This document shows positions 57,902 through 64,000 of a DNA stretch of 64,000 nucleotides, piece by piece; within the stretch, counting starts at the first letter, position 1, and every line of letters begins with the position of its first letter. The notes beneath the pieces were generated by a model. It was not told the origin of the DNA and did no database searches. It was given only the letters and a program-made list of their open reading frames with translations. Source of the DNA: Candidatus Shapirobacteria bacterium GW2011_GWF2_37_20 (GTDB lineage: Bacteria > Patescibacteriota > Microgenomatia > UBA12405); assembly GCA_000989305.1 (NCBI GenBank), contig LBTB01000001.1, positions 2,104 through 66,103 of the forward strand, given 5' to 3'. The position numbers and the translations under genes are program-made.

Positions 57902-58250
57902 TTTGTTTTTTGTAAATATTTCCCAAGACAGCATTAACAAAAGCGCTGGAATTAGTATCGCAGAATTCTTTACTGATTTCGATAGCTTCGTCAATAATGA
58001 CTTTGGGTGGAGTTTGGGGTTGATTTTTTAACTCCCAAATTGCATAACGGAGAATAGCCAGTTCAACTTTGTTAATTTGTTCGATGGGCCATTTTGGAGC
58101 GGCTGTTTTGATTAAGTCATCGATTTTGCTAATTTCTCCGATGACAGGGCTGATAGTGTCGTCGTCTAAATTACCGGTAATTCCCCAAGCAAAAAGGGCT
58201 TGGATGGATTTGATTCTTTGTTGATGTCGGGGGTCGTTTTTGCTTTTCAC
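57894..58250 (-). CDS. nusB: Transcription antitermination factor NusB
   Basis: AILRYAIWEL, P.KVIIDEAIE, FVNAVLG; GTG start. Confidence 0.94.
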   Translation of the reverse strand: MKSKNDPRHQQRIKSIQALFAWGITGNLDDDTISPVIGEISKIDDLIKTAAPKWPIEQINKVELAILRYAIWELKNQPQTPPKVIIDEAIEISKEFCDTNSSAFVNAVLGNIYKKQNG

Positions 58251-58399
58251 TTATTACAATTTTTGCAGGTAAAACCGGGAACTTTAGGTTGGCCACAGTT
58301 TTTACAGGCAGTGACTTGAGCGAGTAAGGGAGCTTTAATAGAGGCGCGGCGGCGGCCTTGGCGGCGGCTTGAGGGCCAATGTTTAGGTAGTGCAGTCAT
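58247..58399 (-). CDS. rpmF: 50S ribosomal protein L32 (not in ORF track)
   Basis: MTALPKHWPSSRRQGRRRASIKAPLLAQVTACKNCGQPKVPGFTCKNCNK; two CxxC. Confidence 0.92.
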   Translation of the reverse strand: MTALPKHWPSSRRQGRRRASIKAPLLAQVTACKNCGQPKVPGFTCKNCNK

Positions 58400-58433
58400 G
58401 GGGGTATTATAGCAAAGAAAAATGAGATTTGAT

Positions 58434-60428
58434 TTAATTCAAATGATTTCCGACCATTGAGAGTGATTTTTGGTTTTTGACAAGTTTTTCTAAATCAAAG
58501 TTGGGATAATTTTGTTCCAGATCAGTAAGGATTTTTTGAGAGAGTTCAATTAACTTGATATCGGAGAGATTGGCTATTTTTAAAGAGGGGAAACCGTGTT
58601 GCAGAGTGGAAAAGACTTCTCCTGGACCTCGGGTTTTAAGGTCGTATTCGGCAATTTTAAATCCATCACTATTTTTTGAAAGAAATTCTAGACGTTTAAG
58701 TGAAGAGTCATTAATAGATTCAGTGAAGAGATAACAATAACTTTGTAAGGCTCCCCTACCCACCCGGCCCCGGAGCTGGTGGAGCTGTGAGAGGCCAAAA
58801 TGGTCGGCTGATTGAATGATAATAGTAGTGGCATTGGGAAAATCAATACCTACTTCAATAATGGGGGTGGTGACTAAAACATTGATTTTATTTTTTTGAA
58901 AATTCTCCAGAATTTTGTTTCTGGTTTCTATATCGGTTTTGCCATGAATTAAGGCTAATTTTAATTTCGGAAAAATGTTTTTTAAAATTTCAAATTCTTT
59001 TTTGGCAGATTTGATGGTGACCGCACTTTCTGACTCCTCAATGAAGGGACAGACGATAAAGGCTTGGGAATGGCGTTTTAAAATATCTTTTTGGAGCCAC
59101 TGATAACAGGCGGGAATTTTGTTTTGAGGGACGAGAAAGGTTTTGATTCGAAGACGGTTTTGGGGAGGATTTTTCAAAGTCGAGAGATCGAGATTGCCAA
59201 AAAATGTCAAACTGATAGAACGAGGAATGGGGGTGGCGGTCATAGTAAGGGTGTGAGGTGGTGAATTTTGGCTTAAAAAGGAACGTTGTTTGACGCCAAA
59301 TTTGTGTTGCTCGTCGACAACCAAAAGAGCGGTGTTTTTGATGAATTTGTCTTTTTGAAAGATAGCGGCGTGAGTGGCGATAATAATGGAGTTACGAGGA
59401 ATTTTGGCGGGGAGTGATTGATGGGCACTGAGGAAATAAACTGGGGTGGAGGGTAAATATTTTTGGAAAGTTTTTAGGTGTTGCTTACCTAATATTTCGG
59501 TCGGGGCTAAGACTAAACTTTGACGATTATTAAGGGAAGTTAAATAGGTGGAAAGTAGGGCTATAATTGTTTTTCCAGAACCGACATCACCGCAAAGAAG
59601 TCGGTTGCTAACCTTGTTTTTGGAAGTGAGTTCCGGCTTTATTTCTGACCAGGCTTGGACTTGAGATTCGGTGAGAGAAAAAGGGAGGCTAGAAATTAGA
59701 GTTTTGATTTTAGAGTCGATAGTTTTATTTGATTTTAGAATAAATTTAGGTTTATTTAGGGCCCAGGATTTTTTTTGAAGACGGGAAAGAGTGAGGAGGG
59801 AAAGAATTTCATCAAGGCCGAGGCGATACCGGCTTTGAGCTAATAATTTTTGGTTTTGGGGTTGATGAATTTCTTGGAGAGCCTGTTTGAGGGGGAGTAA
59901 GTTATAAGAATTAATCAATGTCTGTGGCAGAAGATCGACAAGGTTTTTTTGAAGGGTATCAAAATGGAGACCAATGATTTTCCGAAACCAACGGCTAGTC
60001 AGACCTTTTGTTTCAGGATAGATGGGAATTATTTTACCGGTGTTATATTGGCCGTATTCTGGGGAAAAAATAGTTGTTTTGCCACGATAAAGTGTAGGGG
60101 TGCCGGCAAAAGCCCAGCTGTCTCCAATTTTAAAATTTTTAATTAAAAAAGGTTGATTAAACCAAACTAATTCAACTTGACCACTCCTGTCTTTCAGGAT
60201 AATTTTTTGAAGACTTTTGAGAGATCGGGTGTAAATATTTTCGAGGTGGACAATCTGACCCGAAAGGGTGCAATTTTCATTGAGATTAATTTTTGAGATG
60301 GGAATGACCCTGGAAAAGTCGATATATCGATGAGGAAAGTGATAGAGAAGTTGCCAATCAGAGAAAATATTTAACTGTTGTAGCTTGCTTTCTGTTTTGG
60401 GACCGATTCCGGGAATCTGGAAGCTCAT
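58434..60428 (-). CDS. recG: ATP-dependent DNA helicase RecG
   Basis: GDVGSGKT, APTEIL, DEQHKFG, MTATPIPRS, QLHQLRGRVGRG, DLKTRGPG. Confidence 0.96.
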   Translation of the reverse strand: MSFQIPGIGPKTESKLQQLNIFSDWQLLYHFPHRYIDFSRVIPISKINLNENCTLSGQIVHLENIYTRSLKSLQKIILKDRSGQVELVWFNQPFLIKNFKIGDSWAFAGTPTLYRGKTTIFSPEYGQYNTGKIIPIYPETKGLTSRWFRKIIGLHFDTLQKNLVDLLPQTLINSYNLLPLKQALQEIHQPQNQKLLAQSRYRLGLDEILSLLTLSRLQKKSWALNKPKFILKSNKTIDSKIKTLISSLPFSLTESQVQAWSEIKPELTSKNKVSNRLLCGDVGSGKTIIALLSTYLTSLNNRQSLVLAPTEILGKQHLKTFQKYLPSTPVYFLSAHQSLPAKIPRNSIIIATHAAIFQKDKFIKNTALLVVDEQHKFGVKQRSFLSQNSPPHTLTMTATPIPRSISLTFFGNLDLSTLKNPPQNRLRIKTFLVPQNKIPACYQWLQKDILKRHSQAFIVCPFIEESESAVTIKSAKKEFEILKNIFPKLKLALIHGKTDIETRNKILENFQKNKINVLVTTPIIEVGIDFPNATTIIIQSADHFGLSQLHQLRGRVGRGALQSYCYLFTESINDSSLKRLEFLSKNSDGFKIAEYDLKTRGPGEVFSTLQHGFPSLKIANLSDIKLIELSQKILTDLEQNYPNFDLEKLVKNQKSLSMVGNHLN

Positions 60429-60450
60429 GGCTTTATGTTATCATTAATTT

Positions 60451-60570
60451 ATGAGGATTTTGGGTAAAAAAATCAAGAAAAAACAACTGAGAACCTTTAT
60501 TTTAGTGTTAGCAACTGTGGCCTTATTATTGTCAAGCATTCTCCCTTTCTTATCGGTTTTGATTAAATGA
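60451..60570 (+). CDS. Small single-pass membrane protein (39 aa, not in ORF track)
   Basis: MRILGKKIKKKQLRTFILVLATVALLLSSILPFLSVLIK; TGtTATCAT 6 nt before ATG; ATGA overlap with the PBP gene. Confidence 0.7.
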   Translation: MRILGKKIKKKQLRTFILVLATVALLLSSILPFLSVLIK

Positions 60571-63239
60571 AAAAATTTTTTTGCAAAATAAAAAATTTGT
60601 TTAGTTTTAGGGGCGACTTTGGGGCTCCAAACATGTCTTTTAAGGAAATGATTAGAAGTAAAAGATTTTGGTACCAGTTCTTTAGGCTTTTCTTAATAGT
60701 ATTTGGAGTTGGACTGGTGTTGATGATTATTCTTTTTGCCTGGTATTCAAAAGATTTACCCAGTCCAACCAAGGTGGTTAGGCGTGAAGGTTTTGCCAGC
60801 AGAATTTATGACCGCAACGGAGAACTGCTTTACGATTTATATCATGATCAAAAAAGACAGCCGGTGACCGACGACTTGATTCCGGATTATTTAAAAAAAG
60901 CTACGGTGGCAGTTGAAGATAAGGATTTTTATAACCATTCCGGCTTTGATCCGATGGCACCATTTAGGATTATAAAAAACCTTTTTTATTTTAAGAAATT
61001 GACCGGTGGTTCAACTTTAACTCAACAACTGGTAAAAAATGTTTTACTGACTTCAGAGGTTAGTGTAACCCGAAAGATAAAGGAATTTATTTTGGCAGTA
61101 CAAATTGAGTCAAAGTATAAGAAGAATGATATTTTGTTGATGTATTTAAATGAGGCTCCTTATGGGGGTACGGCTTGGGGAGTGGGAACGGCGGCAGAAC
61201 AATATTTTGGAAAAGCAGTTAAAGATTTAGGTCTGGCTGAATCGGCAATTTTGGCGGGATTACCCCAGAGACCAAATGTTTACTCCCCTTTTTCCAGTAA
61301 TCCGACGGCTTATGTGGCCAGAACCGAGCATGTACTGAACCGGATGGTGGAAGACGGGTACATTGACGCTGAAACCAAAAATATGACGATGGAAGAAGTA
61401 AAGAACTATAAATTTTATGAGAATACGTCAAAACTATCAGCCCCACATTTTGTTTTTTGGATAAAAGAGTTATTGTCAGAGCGGTATGGAGAAGATGTGG
61501 CTGAAGGGGGTGGTTTGAAAGTGAGTACGACCTTGGATATAAAGTTGCAAAATCAAGTCCAGCAAATTGTCAGTGATCAGATTGATAAATCGGAAAAATT
61601 GTTAATCAGTAACGGAGCGGCGCTAGTGATGGACCCCCGGGACGGTCAGGTGTTGGCCATGGTGGGGTCAAGAGGTTATAACAGTGATAAAACTTCGGGA
61701 CAGTTTAATGTGGTTACTCAAGGCTTAAGACAGCCGGGTTCGGCAATCAAACCGATTACATATTTGATGGCCTTGAGAAAGGGTTACACTGCCGCCAGCA
61801 TGATTATGGATACGCCAGTATCTTTTCCGGTGGCGGGACAAAGAGATTACAGTCCGCAAAATTATACAGGTAAATTTTTGGGGCCAATGAGTTTAAGAGA
61901 AGCTCTGGGAAATTCAATCAATACCATTGCGGTAAAGATGTTGGCTAGGGTTGGAGTCGATAATATGTTGCAACAAGCCTATGATATGGGAGTTTCTACC
62001 TTGGAACCAACTGCAGAAAATATGAAGAAGTTTGGTTTTGCAGTAACTCTTGGAGGAGCAGATGTAAAAATGATTGATTTGGCTTCAGCCTATAGTGCCT
62101 TTGCCAATGGCGGATATAAAATTGAGCCGGTGGGAATACTTAAGGTTGAGGATAAGGATGGTCGGGTGTTGGAAGAATTTCATCCCTCAAACGGGAAAAA
62201 GGTAATGAGTCCCCAAGAGGCATTTATTATTTCTAATATATTGTCGGACAATAATGCCCGAAGTCTGACTTTTGGAGCAGTGAATAGTTTGGCTATTTCT
62301 AATTATCAAGTGGCGGTTAAAACAGGAACAACTAATGAAAAGAAGGACAACTGGACAATTGGCTGGACGCCAAATTTATTGGCTAGTGTTTGGGTGGGAA
62401 ATAATGACAGTACTCCGATGGGAAAAGTTGCTTCCGGAGTATCCGGAGCAGCGCCGATCTGGCGACAGATTATGCTTTACGCTTTACCTAAACGGGAAAA
62501 ACAGGATTTTCCAATTCCCGACAAGATTGTTAACATTTCAGTGGATAAACTTTCGGGTTATGGAGTTCATGACGGTTTTGAAAGTAAGACAGAATATTTC
62601 ATTGACGGGACTCAGACTAATATTTCTGATCCGATTCATTTGAAACTTAAAATATGTAGAGATAAAACCGGTTTAGCGACACCGGAAGATGTGGCTAACG
62701 GTAATTTTGACGAGAAAGAATATTTTAATTTTAAAGAAGAAGATCCGGTAAGCGTTGACGGCCGGAATCGTTGGCAGGAGGGAATCGATGGTTGGATTAA
62801 TTCACAGGAAAATAAGGATATGTACGCACCTCCATTTAGTTATTGTCGAGACGATGGGGCGGTAGGGGTGAGTTTTGATCAACCCGGCGATCATTCAACT
62901 CAGGGTAATGAGGTGTCTGTAAAAATAAGCACTTCATCTTTGAAAAAAATAACGGAAGTAAAGCTCTGGGTGGACGGGAGTGAGGTAAAGACTTGGAATG
63001 AAAGACCATTTGAGGGAAATTTCAACATGAGTACTGGTCCTCACACCCTGAAAGTTAGGGCGGTAGATAAGGATGGTGCCAGTAATGAAAGAGAAATTCG
63101 GATTGGAGTAAACGTTGCCTGGGATTGGTCCCCCAGCCCGACTCCGACGATAACGCCAATTCCTAGTCCAGTTTTGATTCCGACACTATTTCTCAGCCCG
63201 ACTCCGATAATAAGTCCGACAGTTACTGTCAGTCCTTGA
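60567..63239 (+). CDS. Class A penicillin-binding protein (PBP1A family)
   Basis: EDKDFYNH.G, GGSTLTQQLVKN, RKIKE, SAIK (SxxK), SIN, KTGT; C-terminal Ig-like domain and P/T tail. Confidence 0.96.
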   Translation: MKKFFCKIKNLFSFRGDFGAPNMSFKEMIRSKRFWYQFFRLFLIVFGVGLVLMIILFAWYSKDLPSPTKVVRREGFASRIYDRNGELLYDLYHDQKRQPVTDDLIPDYLKKATVAVEDKDFYNHSGFDPMAPFRIIKNLFYFKKLTGGSTLTQQLVKNVLLTSEVSVTRKIKEFILAVQIESKYKKNDILLMYLNEAPYGGTAWGVGTAAEQYFGKAVKDLGLAESAILAGLPQRPNVYSPFSSNPTAYVARTEHVLNRMVEDGYIDAETKNMTMEEVKNYKFYENTSKLSAPHFVFWIKELLSERYGEDVAEGGGLKVSTTLDIKLQNQVQQIVSDQIDKSEKLLISNGAALVMDPRDGQVLAMVGSRGYNSDKTSGQFNVVTQGLRQPGSAIKPITYLMALRKGYTAASMIMDTPVSFPVAGQRDYSPQNYTGKFLGPMSLREALGNSINTIAVKMLARVGVDNMLQQAYDMGVSTLEPTAENMKKFGFAVTLGGADVKMIDLASAYSAFANGGYKIEPVGILKVEDKDGRVLEEFHPSNGKKVMSPQEAFIISNILSDNNARSLTFGAVNSLAISNYQVAVKTGTTNEKKDNWTIGWTPNLLASVWVGNNDSTPMGKVASGVSGAAPIWRQIMLYALPKREKQDFPIPDKIVNISVDKLSGYGVHDGFESKTEYFIDGTQTNISDPIHLKLKICRDKTGLATPEDVANGNFDEKEYFNFKEEDPVSVDGRNRWQEGIDGWINSQENKDMYAPPFSYCRDDGAVGVSFDQPGDHSTQGNEVSVKISTSSLKKITEVKLWVDGSEVKTWNERPFEGNFNMSTGPHTLKVRAVDKDGASNEREIRIGVNVAWDWSPSPTPTITPIPSPVLIPTLFLSPTPIISPTVTVSP

Positions 63240-63241
63240 TG

Positions 63242-63305
63242 TAGATTGATGTATATAAATAGTCTATGATACTGAATAATTTAATTTGATGTAGTTATTA
63301 GCAGT
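63242..63305. repeat. Dispersed intergenic repeat, copy B
   Basis: About 75% identical to 31900-31963; shares ATTAGCAGTCGAC with 17469-17481. Confidence 0.6.
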
Positions 63306-63320
63306 CGACAGTGAAGACTG

Positions 63321-64000
63321 CTAACAGGAAAGGATTTTATCCAGATTGAAGGCGGTGAGATGAATTTTTTTGGCGATTTTATCGTTGCAGTTATAATATG
63401 AAACCCGGAAGGTATAGCGGTATTTATTCAATTTAGTGTCATGGTAGATATCAGTGATCTGAATGGACCAAAGAATTTTAGGGTCAATTAGATGGCTATA
63501 TTTTTCGATGAGTTTTGAGGATTCAATCTTTTCTTCTAAAGTTAAATTGGCGTCGAGGGTAATTATTTGTGAAGTTAGCTCAATGGCCTTGGAGGACAAG
63601 GGAACGGGGATGTATAATTCTGGTTTTGGTAAATCATCCAAAATAATTTCAGTAAAATTACTTTCGATGATATCTGCTTTTAAATTTAGTTTTTCTAAAT
63701 CGGAAGTCAATTGTGAAGAGTCGTGGTTATAAATTCCCAGTGAGTTTTTTTCGATATATTGACCATTTTGTTGAGAGAAAATTTTGCCGATTTCAAAGAA
63801 TTGAGCTTGGGGTAATTTAAAACGCCGATATTGATCCAGTTGTTGTTTTAAAGACTGAACTAAAGACTGACGAAGATAAATACACTCAGAGTTGATACTA
63901 TTTTGAGTGGTAATAATAGTCTTTGGATTAAGGGCCTGGTTAACCAGGGGCCAGGTTAATACTTCGTCGTAACCGAGGGCGACTAATTTGTCTTTTAATT
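63321..64000 (-). CDS. pheT: Phenylalanine--tRNA ligase beta subunit (5' partial)
   Basis: Frame open to the window edge: LVALGYDEVLTW, NSINSE..YLRQSL, FFEIGKIF, C-terminal TFRVSY. Confidence 0.85.
   Translation of the reverse strand, partial: LKDKLVALGYDEVLTWPLVNQALNPKTIITTQNSINSECIYLRQSLVQSLKQQLDQYRRFKLPQAQFFEIGKIFSQQNGQYIEKNSLGIYNHDSSQLTSDLEKLNLKADIIESNFTEIILDDLPKPELYIPVPLSSKAIELTSQIITLDANLTLEEKIESSKLIEKYSHLIDPKILWSIQITDIYHDTKLNKYRYTFRVSYYNCNDKIAKKIHLTAFNLDKILSC

Noticed and set aside
57902-57994. N-terminal extension of RNase III
   Set aside because: Overlaps nusB; ATG at 57901 gives a normal-length protein.
1-64000. CRISPR array, rRNA, IS element, retron or DGR
   Set aside because: No regularly spaced repeats, rRNA-like sequence, transposase or reverse transcriptase ORF seen.
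1-64000. Alternative genetic code 25 (TGA = Gly)
   Set aside because: Conserved genes are uninterrupted and several end in TGA with ATGA overlaps.

Overview
AT-rich bacterial chromosome segment using the standard genetic code (TGA is a stop). Compact gene packing, orphan ORFs, trimmed housekeeping proteins, no metabolic operons and a large monoderm-type type IV pilus locus point to a Patescibacteria (CPR), probably Microgenomates-type, genome; this is an inference. It encodes replication and repair genes (recR, ssb, dnaB, Xer recombinase, gyrAB, ligA, holB, recG) and translation genes (cysS, hisS, partial pheT, S6, S18, L31, L32, S16, a short RF1, pth, rnc, nusB, RluA, TrmH). It also has three tRNAs (His-GUG, Leu-CAA, Ala-CGC), two proteases, a MacAB-like ABC exporter, Fic and HEPN proteins, PBP1A, and a roughly 20 kb pil cluster with 11 prepilin-like genes and Cys-rich accessory proteins. 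The most striking unannotated structure is at 9424-9774 on the minus strand: promoter, His-rich leader peptide (MIFAKVISNHHHTSK) with a complete 1:2/2:3/3:4 attenuator, tRNA-His, a second His-rich leader whose ATG shares the A of the tRNA CCA end, a second attenuator, then hisS. This looks like tandem histidine-sensing attenuation of a tRNA gene and its synthetase. Other notable items: the pth stop codon lies inside tRNA-Ala, leaderless promoters are pervasive, one pilin ends in knottin-like repeats, dnaB lacks a standard start codon, there is a dif-like site upstream of xer, and a dispersed 64-bp intergenic repeat. All calls come from reading the sequence by eye; no searches or folding programs were run.
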